DNA of 63,185 nucleotides, the filler included, from Dugesia japonica (taxonomy: Eukaryota): assembly GCA_001938525.1 (NCBI GenBank). It is 3 parts of 3 records of this genome, joined end to end, with 100 filler letters (N's around TTAATTAATTAA, not from the genome) between each part and the next. Parts side by side here need not be neighbours in the genome. Positions count along the whole stretch, not along the records: positions 46,175 to 63,185 come from MQRL01610465.1; 2 more parts are not named here. One strand, given 5' to 3'. Positions within the stretch are counted from its first letter, which is position 1, and each line of letters opens with the position of its first letter. The position numbers and the translations under genes are program-made. Below are positions 47,979 to 62,489 of the stretch, piece after piece. Under the pieces are notes generated by a model. It was given only the letters and a program-made list of their open reading frames with translations, did not search any database and had not been told where the DNA came from.

Positions 47979-48010
47979 GATTATTATTATTATTATCATC
48001 ATCATCATCC
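47715..48010. repeat. (ATT)n microsatellite spanning a gap
   Basis: Directly visible. Confidence 0.95.
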
Positions 48011-48906
48011 TTATTACCTATGTATTTATTACTTAAAATGATTACCATTACTTCTATGACCATTGTTATAATTATTCTAAATCGGAACTAATTAGGTTTA
48101 TTAGGTTTAAAGTATTGTGAAATCAATATTAACATCTTATTTAGCCGTTATTTAATCGCTTATCCCACTTTTTAGTCTTTTTGGCTGGTCATAATTGATT
48201 CGCCCACTGATTTTATTCTAAGAATTTTTTAAGATTTTTCTCAAACTTTTTTGTTATTAGTTTTAGTAACATGCCCTGGTTAGACCATTGTAAAGACCGG
48301 GATAACTTTCTTCCTAATGCTTTTCTCACTTTCTACCTTCGACCTTCTTACATCAATTTTCGTCAACGTGAACAATACTTTTTCTGCGATTTAATTTTTT
48401 AGTCATAAATTCCAAAATAAATTAATAAAAGTTTTCTGTAATTAATTAATTGATTGATTTATTTTGTCATTTTATTTTTATTTCGGGTTATAATTTCGTT
48501 GACAGTTTTCATTATACCCTATTCGCTGTCATCACCTATTTTTTTAATTAATTTAAATTCTTCTTTCGTTTTGTCTGGGATTATTTTTATTAATTGATTA
48601 AGTAATTATTTTTCTTCTTTATTTTTTTTGTATTTTTTTGTCGTTTTCCTTGTTATTCTTATTTGCTGCTACTTATACGGGCTGGTGTAATTCTTCTTCT
48701 GATATTCAGAACAGGTTCTTCCCTTTTCCTGATATCAAGCGTTTCACCTCATCAATACTATTTAATGTGTCATCATTAAATACATTGAAAAAATGAACAA
48801 AATGAGCATGAGATAAAATTGTTACTAAAATTGAGGTACGAATAAAAAGTTGGAAAAATTGGGATCGAAGTAAAATAAATGAGTGTCAGGTCAAATTATC
48901 TTTAAG

Positions 48907-50138
48907 TACGTGGTAAAGCTTAAAAGTTTCTAGACTCTATCAGAAATATTGAAGATATTAATTAAAAATTTGCGCGTAAAATAATAATCAATATAGGTAT
49001 GAAATGTACGATTTATTTTAATATACTAATGTTTGTTTGCACTAGATTAGATTAATTCAAAAAAAGGTTCGATAATATTGAATTTCGAAGTGTGATCCAA
49101 TTTTTACTTATCAAGGAAATTGGCAAGACAGCAATTATTAATCATCTTCAAGATGTATAATGGTGAAGAAGCCTCATCTAAAGCAACCATTTATAACTGG
49201 ATTCGAGAATTTTCATCTGATCAAATAAGTGTTTTCGATGCAATCAAAAGTGAAAGACCTGTCGAAATTAGTGAAGAAATTACTAAAATATGGAAAGATA
49301 TTGTGACAAATGAACGAAAAATTACTCAAATGCAGCTATCTGAGAGTTTGAATGTATGCAACAGAACCGTTCAGCTGATTCTAGAGCAAATGGGAATCCG
49401 AAAGTTGTGTGGCAGATTCATGTCGAGATTTTTAACAGTTGAGATAATGGCTAGTAAAAATAGACTTTGAAAGGAATTTTTGTCTTCTAGATGCAGTCGG
49501 ACCTAATTTTTGTTTAATATAATAACTGCAGACGAGAGGCGATTGAGTATCTACCTTCCATATTCTAAAAAAGAGTCAAAATGAGAAGCCATCCCAGGTC
49601 TTGCGTCTAAGAATTTCACGCTGTAAATGTGCCATGTTGACTGTTTTTTGAAATGAAAAAAGAACCATAAAATCGGATTACTAAAGTAATCTCATACTCG
49701 AAACCCGAAGCATCCGATACAAGCCACACAGCCAAGATCTTTATTTGTTCCATGATAACGCACATTTACACATACAAAAAAACACAAGAAACATTATCAA
49801 AAGCTGGATTTGTGCAGCTGGATTATCCTCCATACAGTCCAGATATTGCATCTAGTGATTTCTGGTTGTTCAATCATCTAAAGAAATATTTCCGAGAACA
49901 TAGGTTTGTTTCAAAGGATGATATGAAGGATAATGTGACGAAATTCCTCATGCAGAAGGATCAAAATTTCCCTGAAAGGGACTTCGAAGGAATGGTCGAC
50001 CGCTGGAAAAAGTGCGTCAATGTAAACGGGTGTTATGTCGAGAAATGAGACCTATGAATGTATATTTATTGTTAATAAAAATTTTGTTGAGTTGACTTCA
50101 TTATTTCTGGAAGAGTCTAAAGACTTTAGCCATACGAT
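48907..50138 (+). mobile_element. Degenerate mariner element
   Basis: SKATIYNWIREF HTH, ITADE, HDNA, YPPYSPDIASSDFWLF, RWKKCVNVNGCYVEK; imperfect TIRs (AAAGTTTCTAGACTCTATCAGAAATA / TATTTCTGGAAGAGTCTAAAGACTTT). Confidence 0.88.
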
Positions 50139-51302
50139 CAGGGTTTCTGAAAATTCGTTTTTTTGAGATTCATCGAATCCGAATAACACTATTATACTAT
50201 TTAGCGAATCCCAATCGAATCGGAATAATAATAATTCTTAAGTATAATGTCTATCAATACCTTTAAATGTAAAATACTTATTAAATTTTATAATATGTAA
50301 TCAAGATGAGTTATTATCTTAAGCTCTTATATTAATACCTGACAAACTATCACTTTTAAAATTTTTCGTTTAAAATTCTATTTTTAACTGTAATAACGAA
50401 TTTTCAGAAACTTTGATAATTAAGCTTTCTTGGATCTATTAAATAAGCTCAATTTAAATTACAAATTTGTTTGTTTAAATTCAATTCATAACTGTAATAT
50501 AGGTTGGAATGATATGTAGTCAGTTAAAAAAATAATTCTTAATATTTAATCTTTTTTATTTAAATAAAAATACTTTAAGAATAACAACACGTTAATGTAT
50601 TTATCAGATAATCTAGACCGAATTTTAGTACAAAAATTCGAAGAAATAGTAAAAGCTCGTTCCGCATCAGTAGACGAAGGTTTGATTGTCAAAAGAGCAT
50701 TGTACATATTTTCCAAATTTAAAGTTCTTTTCCAGTTTTTGAAAAATCATAAATTCCTGCTGTAACATAATGAATTCACTATTGACAACTGGTTCAACTA
50801 AAGATTTTTCAAGATATCATCAAGTTCTTCTTTCATTTTCATTATTTTATCTAAATTTCTTGGTATTTTTTATTCAGTTTCTTTAGATACAGCGTTATTA
50901 TTTTCTTTTTCAAAATAAAATAATCTTTTTAGTAATTGTTCAGCTAATAAAAGTTGTTTCTCATATGAAAGAACATTTCTGCTTTTTAAACATTCTAAAT
51001 TGACTTTTAATATATTATTATTTTTATTATTTTAGTAGCCTATTAAAATTTTATAAAATTTTAAAACAATATGTCGAATAAAATTTATAACTTTTTATAA
51101 ATTTAATATTAATTTAATTACTCGATATTGATTCCGAGTAATGCAAAATTTTAAAAATTATAATAATTATGAAAGTCGATAATATTATATCTAATTATGA
51201 GTTGACTAATTTTACGAATAGTTTAACAAAAATAGCGAATATCGAATTCGAACTTTCATCAAAATTCGATTGAATCCGAATAATAAATTTTCAGAAACCC
51301 TA
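50139..51302 (-). mobile_element. Internally deleted hAT element at the mariner right end
   Basis: TIRs CAGGGTTTCTGAAAATT / AATTTTCAGAAACCCTA; minus-strand PSSTDAERAF at ~50651-50680. Confidence 0.8.
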
Positions 51303-52059
51303 CGTATATATAGTATTATGTTGAGATAATAAATCAACAAATGCTTGAGTTTGATAGTGATTTTAATTAATTAACAATCCAAATATATTATCGTTATATA
51401 TTGGTATTTATAGACCTTAATATGTTTATAATAGATATAATGATATCGTATAAATATACTATATATACTATATGAAATTAATCAAATCATGACTTAAAAA
51501 ATATTTTTTTTATCAAATATAATTGCGTTATACAAAGAAATTATTTTCTTCTACAGAGGAAACAAACTGTTGTATGGAATTTATAAGTGCGAATTTACAC
51601 TAAATTCTTACAATATTTATACTATTTTCAGACACGTGTGTCTGTTACATACATAATACAAAAATTTAAGAAAACAATTAAAATTTGCACAATATAGAAA
51701 AATTTCCATACTTTTTCTCAAAAATAATATTAATTTATAGAAATAATTAAATAAATCCACATTTTTCTACTGAGAAATTATTGATTTATTTGCATTTCCT
51801 TATTAAAATTGTGTTGCTATTATGATTGCTTTTCTTTTAATCCAACGTACAATTAAATAAGAATTAAATAAAATATTAAAACTACAGAATAAATTCGGCA
51901 ATCAAATAATAAATACAAAATAAATTTGATAACCAAATAATAAAAATATTTAATAAATAAAACTAAAAATAAGAGTTCAAGATCAGAAAAATGTCTGATC
52001 AAAATCAAATAATAAGAATAATGTTCTTGCAATTTTCTGATTAAATCTGAGTAAATTGG

Positions 52060-52323
52060 ATTGATTCGGGTTTGTTTTGAGTTTGTTGATTGATTCGAAT
52101 ATTGAATTGGATGTTAATAATATGTATTAATATAAGAACTTAAGATAATGACTCATTTTGATTAAATATTATAAAATTTAATAAGTATTTTAAATTTAAA
52201 GGTATTGGTAAACATTATACTTAAGAATTGTTATTATTCCGATTCCATTGGGATTCGCCGAAAAGTTTAATAGTGTTATTCGAATTCGATGAATCTCAAA
52301 AAAACGAATTTTCAGAAACCCTG
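52060..52323 (+). mobile_element. Second, inverted terminal fragment of the same hAT family
   Basis: Reverse complement of ~50139-50340, ending TTCAGAAACCCTG. Confidence 0.8.
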
Positions 52324-52356
52324 AATGTTATTGATTATTACGTGTTTCATGTTTTG

Positions 52357-54075
52357 TTATGTATGTTGGGAATGCTTGCATGTGTGTGTAATTAATTTTG
52401 GTTTGCATCTTCCCAAAAACTGTTCCTCGTTTGGAAGAATATTCTCCAGCATCTTGTGTGAGAAATAGAGAGAAGTTTGGATATCCCATGTCATGTAATC
52501 CAGAAGGTATTTGATCAAAGCAGGGTTTATTAAATATACACGGGTTAAATTCATCCTCTATGTTTGGTAAATTGAGGTATGGTGACGTATGCCTTCAGAA
52601 TACATCGAACCGCTGTCGTGGTTAAATTATTGAATATATTTTTGGTTTTTTTCCTTTTGAGTTTTTGCAGTGATTTGCAATACGTGCAAGTTCGAGTTGT
52701 TCTTTTTCTCTTTTCTAAGGGTTTCCTCATTATGTTTAAAAAGTGGCGCGTATTTAGGTAAGTCTCCAATGATCTTTGAACTGAGTATATTAACTGTAAT
52801 AATAGTAATTGTCTATCCAACATACATAATTGCGTGTCCAGATTCGACAGTTTCTGTCTTCATAGATTTAATTTCAACAATAAACTCAGGATACTTGGGA
52901 TATATGTTATTAGAGTATATCTCTTTGCTGATTACCGTCGATAAAAATATTATGATATCTCGTGTTTTGGTAATAGAACAAGGTGATAATATATTGCACT
53001 GATGGATAATATTAAACTGTGGTGAATTTTTTTCACTTCGGAATTTCTTTAAGAATTCAAATCGATCAGCGATTTTTATTTTGTTGGGAAACCATCTTTA
53101 TTCATTTGTGAGGCGCAGTGATAAATTGTCTTTGTTCTTCCTCAGATAGTCCGTTATTTTGAGGAGTTGCATGTCATTATGGCAGATATGATTTCACCTT
53201 GGAGAGTGATATTGTTATAATTGCCAAAAAGGTCTCCGAATTCTGGAATATCATTTTGATAATATACGGGAAAATCATACGTAATTCTTGTGCAATTATT
53301 AAAAGGGACTTTGAAAGTTGTCCTACTTTCAGGGGTGCTATTGTGATGAATGAAATTTGTTTAGGATGAAAAGCATTCATTCGACATGATTGACAAACTG
53401 TGAATGGTACTAAAGTGAGGTTAGATACATGGAAAATCTTTTGTATACAATTAAGGGAAAAGAAGTGTCCACATTCGAGTATGTGTGGAATCACAGGATA
53501 GAGGACATGATGGTTCATCAGATGTATAATTCGTGACTTAAGCAACATCGTCCCACCCATTGTTTAAAGGATATTTAAGGGCGCGATCCTTTTCATATAG
53601 TATTATTTTGGAATGATTGTGTAAGTAGATTTTTTTTTCTAGGTATGTAGATTCATTTCTAAAAAATAAATAATATAATTATATGTACACAATTGAATCA
53701 CTATTGTGGTGTCAATTTGCTTCTTACTCATAATACATGTAATATCTATTAATGATTTTACCACATCCAGTATTTCTATATCTTTGTCAGATCCGAGTTC
53801 GTCATCGCTTTCTTCAGATTCATCGTCTACATAGTATTGTATTGTTTCTTTACAGAATCTAACTTACTCGATGGTTAGCTCTTCAAGCGGTTCATTTTGT
53901 TGCTCGTCTTTTTCGGATTCTAATTCTGCTTCGCATGAATTTTCTCTACTGTCTTCTAGGCTAGATGTATCTTCATTTGATTCTGTATCGCTGTCAATTT
54001 GTACAATCTTTGCAGGATTTGTATGTATATGTTATTTTTATATCTGATTCAAAATTATTATTCATTATTTTCATT
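52357..54075 (-). pseudogene. Fragmented RING-finger-containing gene with acidic N-terminal region
   Basis: PHILECGHFFSLNCIQKI...CQSCR; D/E/S-rich sequence at 53780-54000; boundaries uncertain. Confidence 0.4.
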
Positions 54076-54839
54076 TTATATCTTTCAAAATGGCGGGGAT
54101 TTTAAATTTAAATCTTTAATAACTTTTGAAGTTTCGACAATGACTTTAAGTGCAAAACATTGCGCGGCTTTATTTTACGGGTCTACTGATATCAAATTTG
54201 TGACTCTCCGATAAGAATGTAAGGACACAATGTAAGGAATATAAAGCCGAGGCAAAAACTTCCCATTTGCAATAGCGATCTTGGAAATCCCAACTTGAAA
54301 CATTTGTAGACATTATCCAGTCATTGTATCAACGCGAATCTAAGCTTGTAGCGGATATCTTAAAATTGTATTAGTTAGTTCCGGTACAATTTGACCCGAC
54401 ACGTTTATTTTACTTCAATCCCAATTTCGCTAATATTCGCACCTCAATTTTAGTAATCACAGACGAAGATGCGGATTATTAGGCAAAATTGATGATGTAA
54501 TCGTAGACAAAAATAAAGAAATCGACAGGACAAAAATAAAGTGGAAAAATCATGAGAACAAAATTGATTATTGGAAAAAGAGAAACGGGTGCTGGTCCGT
54601 GATATTTATATTTGTATATATGATGGGTATTTAGTTTGAATTATCTGAAAAGTAATTTGGTGTGTTGTAGATAAAATAAAACCAGCAGTTGTTATAAAAT
54701 GTTTAAAAATGTGTATGATTAATATTATTATTATTAGTATTAATAAATTACTATTAGAAAAATAATTAAGAATGAAAATTGAAATGTGTAACAATGATTT
54801 ATGTCAGAAATCAATTTTGAATTACTGATATTATTTTCC

Positions 54840-54913
<74 letters not shown>

Positions 54914-54963
54914 NNNNNNNNNNNNNNNNNNNNNNNNNNNNNNNNNNNNNNNNNNNNNNNNNN

Positions 54964-55015
<52 letters not shown>

Positions 55016-55016
55016 G
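54840..55016. repeat. (ATT)n microsatellite
   Basis: Directly visible. Confidence 0.95.
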
Positions 55017-57349
55017 GGGTTCCACCTGAGTTGGATGTAGAAAAATGTGGCTGGGAATAAAACAGCCCTCAGGGGACCCCTCGAAGCATTTAGTTTGTCA
55101 GCGCAGAGCGGTGGACTTCCAACGCTTATTTGAAGTACATACTAGTACACCTTTAATTCGGGTTCGACATTTCCGCACTTTAAAATAAGTCACTTATTAT
55201 ATCAACACTAAATTAGTAAGAGAAATTTATTTTACACATTCAATTCTACATTAAATTTAGTGCCTCAGAGTCAAGCCATTGGGTGGGCTCGTCATTCGAA
55301 AATTTGAATGCGGCCTCATCTTCATCGCTGTTCCACCTAGCCCTTGTTTCTAACTCTAAACGAGTTGGCAGGTCAGTGATATAACGGTTTAATAGATCTA
55401 GCAAAGCAGATAAAACAGCCAAATTTATTTATAAACAAAATATTTAATCAGTCAATTTCGGGTTTGGGTAGCCTTATCTACCATCAGTGGCTCCAAAGGA
55501 ATTCGTTTCCGCATGTTAAGTAAATCGGTCACCAGTTTATTCTCACGGTCATGGAGGGACCGGTAAACATCAGCGAACAAATCCAATTGTTGCTACCACA
55601 GGCGCTCTTGTGCGTGTGAAGCTTCAGCCTCAAGTCTCTAGGCCTGACATTTATTTTGGTATCGTTTCAATCCATTTACTATTAGTGGTTGCAGTGTCAG
55701 CTTCCAATTTCCTCTTGGCTAACCAGTATAAGTCCCAAGACATGTCGATGTCCTCGCTGTCTTCGCTAATCTTTTTGTGGGAGTGATGGGTCAATTAAGC
55801 AATGAATGCACTGAACAATAAAGATAACAATCATCAATTTACGGGTTACTACAAATAAACTGAATTAACTTGGTGGATATAATTGGTTAAATAAAAAAAG
55901 AAAAGAAAAACTACCAGCCTAACAATTAATATTTCAGGCAATTTCTGCTACGATTACAAAAATAGTTGAAAGTAAAATTCAGTCAGATTATGATGCCCGT
56001 ATGTATTCAAATGCTAAACCTAAGTAGAAATATTAGACATAAAACAAAATTCGCAAGTAGGCTACTAAGTAAAACAACTTTATTTATATCAAAAAACATC
56101 AGAATCAATTTCCGGGGTTTTCAATGTTTACCGTATTTGCCAAGTTTGCAGGGTTCTCAGACTCCCTAACTCGCCATAGAAGATTATCAATGGTTGAACT
56201 TACTCCGTAGAGAGCTGGCGGAATCCCATAGGAAAATTGGGTCACCAAACTCCGTGAGGGAACGCTCCGAGAATAAAAGTTCCGATGCTCTCCACAAAAA
56301 TCTCGTATTCTTTCAACTACCGCTTCTATTACAGGCAAGTTAGAACGATCTGTTAGCACGCTGACGTTCCTATTGTAGGGGTTATTGTGGTGCCTGAAAA
56401 CCACTTACTGGGTCTGTCGATTCCAAATTTGTTCCCATTGTAAATTCACTAAAAATAATATTTAAATATTAGTCAAGGAAAATTTCCACCAAATAAAAAA
56501 TTAACGGATCACTCCACGAAACATTAACAATTTTAAATTTATTAAGTATGACCAGTATAACTGCAAAAGACATTATTGTTTCTCGGAAATCATTATGAAC
56601 AAATATTATCTGGCCCACAGTGTCAATGCGTATAATCCAAATCTACCTCCCGTGGCAAAGGAAACATTTCTTCAAAGCATTGGAGGTCCATTTCGTCTGT
56701 TGAGAGAATCTTATCGGGAAATAATAGGTGACCTATTAATTGTTTTCTGTGGGACCGTATCCTCGCTTGACGGATAAACCTCAGTGTCGTTTTCAGAACA
56801 TTTGGCGTAACTCGCGGCATGTTATGATCTAAATATTCTCATTTAGAAATTATTAATAATAACAGAATATTAAAGTTGAAATCTGGCCGTGAGATGCAAG
56901 GCCTGGATCATACGAAAAAGGATTTCAGGCCAAGAATCAGGGGTTTAGAATTCTCTTTGTTAAAGTACCACCGCTGGATAACCTAAATAATGACTTATAC
57001 TGTTATGCCGGCGTTTCCAATTTATAATATTATCAGATTAGAATCGTATTCACAGCACTGTGAAATGAAACGATCTGTGACTATGGAAAATTGTGGAATT
57101 CCATTAAATTCATCGATTTAACTCCATAATTCATTGAATCAATATTATGGTTCTAATTTATAATCTTAATAAATAATAATTGCATTCGAAAATATTATGA
57201 AATGATGCCGATTTATGATTACAGAGATAAGTGTAATTTAGTTTAATTTAATGTTTTTATTCAAGGTTTCATACAAACAGACCTACGGTTTTACTTTATG
57301 CTATTGTACCCGAACATAATTATGGAAGGAAATGCTACTCACTGGTGTG

Positions 57350-57611
57350 AGTAGTGGTATAAAAGCGCAAATGGCATCCCTACCCCACATCCTGAAAATT
57401 TAAGCGTTCCATATTATTAAAATTTTACAGGGGCCTGTGGGTCCCATGTCAAATGTAATTTATCGTGAACAATGAAAATGGTTCCACACCCTGGAAATTT
57501 TAAGCGTTCCATATAATTAAAAATTTCCCGGTCCATGTAAAATGTAATTCATCATGAACAATGTAAATAAAAATGTAGAAGGTGCCCCATTTGCGTCTTT
57601 ATACCACTACT
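57350..57611. mobile_element. 262-bp element with Polinton-type AGTAGT...ACTACT TIRs
   Basis: AGTAGTGGTATAAAAGCGCAAATGG / CCATTTGCGTCTTTATACCACTACT; internal ~100-bp tandem duplication; no TSD match. Confidence 0.7.
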
Positions 57612-58323
57612 CAATGATTTGGTAAAATTAAAATTTTAATGAGGAAAATTAAAATTTGGTAGTATGCTTAAAATTATTATTTACATTTTTAGTGTCAGTA
57701 AAATATGTTAATTTTGGTGACAGTAAAATTTTAAAAATGTTGAAGAAATTAATTATTGGGGATAAAATTATTATTGGGGATAAAATTATTAATGTGATTA
57801 AAATTATTATTGGGATTAATATTCGAAATAATATTCGAAATAAAAAAATACAAATTAGAATTTTAATGAAACCTAACAGCAACGATAGAATAAAAAAATT
57901 ACAATGTTGATGAAACCTAACAGCAACGATAGAATATCAAGATTTACATGTTGGTAGAAATTAATATTTGAAATATTATTTGAAAACATATTCGAAATAA
58001 TAATCGAAAAAATACATCTTATTTTTTGTCTATAAAAAATGACGAAATTAATGGTAGATAAAATATTATTGAAAATGTTGGATAAATTAATTAATGGGGA
58101 TAAAATTATTATTAAATATATTATTAAACATATTAATAAACATATTACTGTTATTATAAAACCTAATAATATTTTAATTACAAATGGAAATGAAAATGAA
58201 TTTATAAATGATATTATAAATGGAATTACAAATGGAAATGTTGATGAAATCTAGCAGCAATGATAGAATAAAAAAGATTTTTATGCAACATGGTAAGAAT
58301 ACTATTATAAAAATACTATTTTA

Positions 58324-58441
58324 AATTCATTTAATACAAAAGCTTAGATCAAAATTTAGGTTTTAATTTTGGACAACAAATTGATTTGTTGTCCAATATT
58401 AAAACCTAAATTTTGATCTAAGCTTTTATATTAAATGAATT
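58324..58441. repeat. 118-bp near-perfect palindrome (58-bp arms, 2 mismatches, 2-nt loop)
   Basis: AATTCATTTAATACAAAAGCTTAGATC...GGACAACAAAT-TG-ATTTGTTGTCC...GATCTAAGCTTTTATATTAAATGAATT. Confidence 0.9.
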
Positions 58442-58549
58442 CTATAAAACGATCAATGGTGAAGTCCAACAATTATTCTCGCAATAATTGCAATTGTAAA
58501 ACTATATTAAATACTATTATAAAAAAAATACTTTATTAAATAAAAAAAT

Positions 58550-61500
58550 TTAATAACCAAAAGGTACTGTTGTAATACCATCATTTAATAAAAATCTTTT
58601 GTCATCAAAAGGGGTTAGAGCTTTCTTTAATTGTTTAGTTTCTTTTACAACATGTAATTTGGAACCAATAGAATAATTTTTTCCTTGGATTGTTTCATTA
58701 TTATACAAAACATTTTTGTAGTGTTGTTTCTTTATGTTTTGTATATTCTTGATCTTTAACTAAACAATATGATTTTGCTTTGATAAAGAAAGCTTCAGTA
58801 ATTATTTCATTTGGAAATTCATCTTTCATTTGGAAAAGGTTGTTTCCAAATAAATGTTGAATTTTCAATTTGAATTCATTCCATGATTGATTAGGATGAA
58901 TAAACTCCATCATTAGAGAATCAGTATCTGAATAATGGATTTTCTATTGACCTGGAATTAAACTTTTTAGATCATTGTATACAAACTTGTACATGATTAA
59001 TTTTGCATACTCTAGGACAAAGAAACCAATGTATGGAAATTTGTTGTACATTATTGATGCATTTTAATTTTTAACTAGTGTGGCTTGATTATTAATTATA
59101 ATTGAAGATTTAAAGAATGGTTTAGAAGTTGCATTTTTAATCATTCTTTCAGTTGTAGCCAAAAACAAGTTTTCTCTATTTCGTACATTTCTAGAGTTTT
59201 TCCATAAAATGCATTATTTAGTAATTTGAAAAAACCATCACCAAATGTTTTATTATCCCTCTTGGCTTTATTTCTATTTGAAATGTTGGATTCAATGTAA
59301 TCTTTAAGCCAGTGTTTTGTTTTTATTATTATTTTATTATGTATTTTGGAAAGGATCATTCCTTGATCGAGATAGAAATCCAATACTCGACCTAGACATA
59401 CATAATTGTACTTGTTTTTTGATCCATAATCAACTTGGGATATTTACTTTGTTTTCTATCACCTAATAATTTCTTTTGATAATCTGACAAGTCATTGTAA
59501 TCTATTCGTTGTTTATCTACAGCTAATGGATAGTATTAGTTTTTTCTTCTACAGTATAAATATAATCGGTATATATATTTTCATTATTAATGACCTTGTA
59601 TTCGTTGGTTGTGCGTTGATAGATTGTATTTGAATACCATTCCATGTCTCCAAATGGTAATCTTTCTGTCATGCAAACAGAATACATACTATTTTGATCT
59701 AGACATTTTAATGTGTGATGTTCATCAGCAATCACATGTCAAATTCCCCAGACACCTGAATAACCACCACAGATTCTTTGTTCAATAGTAAGATAGATCA
59801 TAATCATCATATTTGGGATATTTTAATTCTATACCAGATACTTTCATTCCAATTTCCCATGTAAGTCCTGGAGCAGAATAACAATATGATGGATCAATTT
59901 CATTCTTTTCTATTGATACTTGTTTAAAGTTTTCAAAGAAATCTGTGAGGATTAGTACGTCTAGTTTCATGTAGTGCAATGTATATTCAAAAAGATTATC
60001 AAAGTTGGAATATTCAGCTAAGAATATTTCATTGTCTGTTGGAGACATTGGTTTTTGTTTTAGAGTATTATAAAAGTCGTTTATATTAGGGGTATAATTT
60101 GCATTTTATTTACAACTTGAGAATATGTGCCATGTATCAACTTGTATGGATAGAAACCCTTGGTTGGTTTTAGATTATTTATTTTCAAATACTTGTAATT
60201 ATTTGTTTTGGATAAATCTACACCCATTTGTTCAACTGAATGGCCTGAACATATTTTGTATGAATCTAGAAATCTGATTCGTAAAAATGAAAATGAAATG
60301 TAGACATCAGTAGTCAGTGGAATTAGATTTTTAATTTCAGAGGGATACATTTTCAACAATTCCATAAAGACAAAGTGATTATCAAATTTTGCTGCATTAT
60401 GTGCATATGTAGGAACAAAATAATTTTTCATCGACCTGTCATTCAAATTACAAATTACATGAGAATATCCTCTGAAATTACCAGTCCAATGATTATGGTC
60501 AATCACAATATCATTTTTATTTGGTACATTTTATTATTATATTTATCAATTTCAGGAGTAGTAAATACTGGGTTACAATAATAACATTTTTCAGGCACAT
60601 CAGTTATTGTACTTGGATCAAGAGGTAGTAATTTATTTTGTAATATTAAATCAATAATTTAGGAAAAATTTACAAGCCATTTGATGAATGTTTCAGCACA
60701 ATCTGGTCCAATGAAATATCTATATTTACTAGGGATTTCAGGATAATGAGAAACTAATTGAAAATCAAGACACAAGGGTTTTAGTTCTTAATCCCTAAAA
60801 GTTTCCAAGTCGTAGTAAATTGTAAATAGATTTTGATTTTTTTAAATAGTACTTTCTAAATGAATACTTGTCCTTGTAGCTAAGCTTTACTTCAGTAGAT
60901 TTGAAATTTATACATGATTTTTGATGATTAATTAGTGCTTGAGTATCTCGTTTAAATGTCATGCAATTTATACAAATTTCTTGTACATGTTTGCTTTTAA
61001 TGTAAATCTTACTCAAGTCACGAATTAAAACATAATGATTATTGTATAATAACAAATTACATTTTCTAGTTGTACTTGAAGGACAAGGATCCAAATGAGA
61101 ATTGTACAATTTAACAATTATTCGTTTTTCCTTTTTAGGATCAGGAATAATTTCAAATACATTTACCAAAAAGTTGTTTAGCTTTTCAAATTTAGGAATA
61201 TCCGTTATTTTTACAGGAAAGGTTATATTTGTAAAATTTAATTTAGGAAGAAAAGTATAATTAAAAACAGAATCTCCAAGATTAGGGTTCAAATGTGCTT
61301 GAATACAATATTCAAAACATTTATCATCATTATTTTTAATGTTTAAAAGTTTGATTGTTGAATTCCATTCTGTTGGTAAAGGAGAATATCCCTGTCCAGA
61401 TAAAGAATCATATTTTGAAAGATGAATTGTCAATGAATTAAATTGATCAAAAGCCCAACCAGATCCTTCTCCTTCTACTTCGAAAATTTCTTCATTCAAT

Positions 61501-62430
61501 TGTTCTAGTACATTATCAAAAATAATTAAAATGTCTGATTCCATTGTAATCTTTCTACTTGGAATTCTAAAGTCCTCTGTCCAAGTTTTGATTTCACCTG
61601 ATCCATAATCTTTTTCAATTTTAGTTTCACAGGTTAGGTGGAATACTGTCTTGTAATAATTATCAAAGAAAATTTTTATTATACTTGTAATTTCATTTTT
61701 GTATCGTTCAATTTCATTAAAATTAATTCGTTTAGGAAATTCTTTGATTGTTTCCGTTTGAAATTTGTTGTGATTTTTTTTACGTCAAGATTTCTTTTTA
61801 ATTCAACCATTGTTTCTTGACATGTTTTGATTTCGTAATTATTTAGTTAATCCTTGTACAAATCCAAAACAAGAGCTGTACGTTGTTCATTTTCATTTTT
61901 ATGTATTTCATTATTCAAATTTCTCATGTAGGAATCATTATTTATTGCAAACATGGCCAAGGTATGATCACGTCCTTGTATGTGTCTATGATAATTTGTG
62001 GAATTATTAAACTCTCTATTACAAGCTTGGCAATAATAAATATTTACATTAGATTTTTGATTTACTTTTCTCAAATGGGATTTTCCTTTCAAATGTGTTT
62101 TAAAATTATATTCCTTGTCAATGTGAATATCACAAGCAGAGCAATAATATTTATTTGTAATTGTATTTACAAATGCAAAGGGCGCACTCATGGTCACGGG
62201 CGCATTTGCAGGTGCGAAAGCACTTACATTTCCGAAACCAGATGGGGATTGTGCGGCCGCTTCACGACGTATAAATGTCGGTGTGTGCAGGTGGTGCTCC
62301 GAACTTACGTATAGGTGCGGGCGCAAATGCGAAAGCACTTGCATTAGGCACAGTGGCGGAAAAAGTTGCATTTGCATTTACAAACGCATTTGCGGATATA
62401 TTGAATAGATTAGAATTATTTCGTTTTGAA
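58550..62430 (-). pseudogene. polB: Fragmented pPolB of a second, older Polinton
   Basis: Two C2H2 fingers, EGSGW, NNDDKCFEY, DHNHWTGNFRG, HNAAKFD, YMKLDV, LDQNSMY, KLLNNAFYGK, YSDTDS, PFDDKRF..DG..TVPFGY*; many frameshifts; start approximate. Confidence 0.92.
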
Positions 62431-62489
62431 GCATTTTTGATTCGTCTGTCGTTCTTTTTATTATCAAATAAATTTGGTAGTACACCTTA

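Noticed and set aside
47554-48063. Poly-Asn and poly-Ile ORFs
   Set aside because: (ATT)n microsatellite.
55017-57340. GC-richer block with short ORFs, possibly retroelement-derived
   Set aside because: No diagnostic motif or boundary could be identified by eye.
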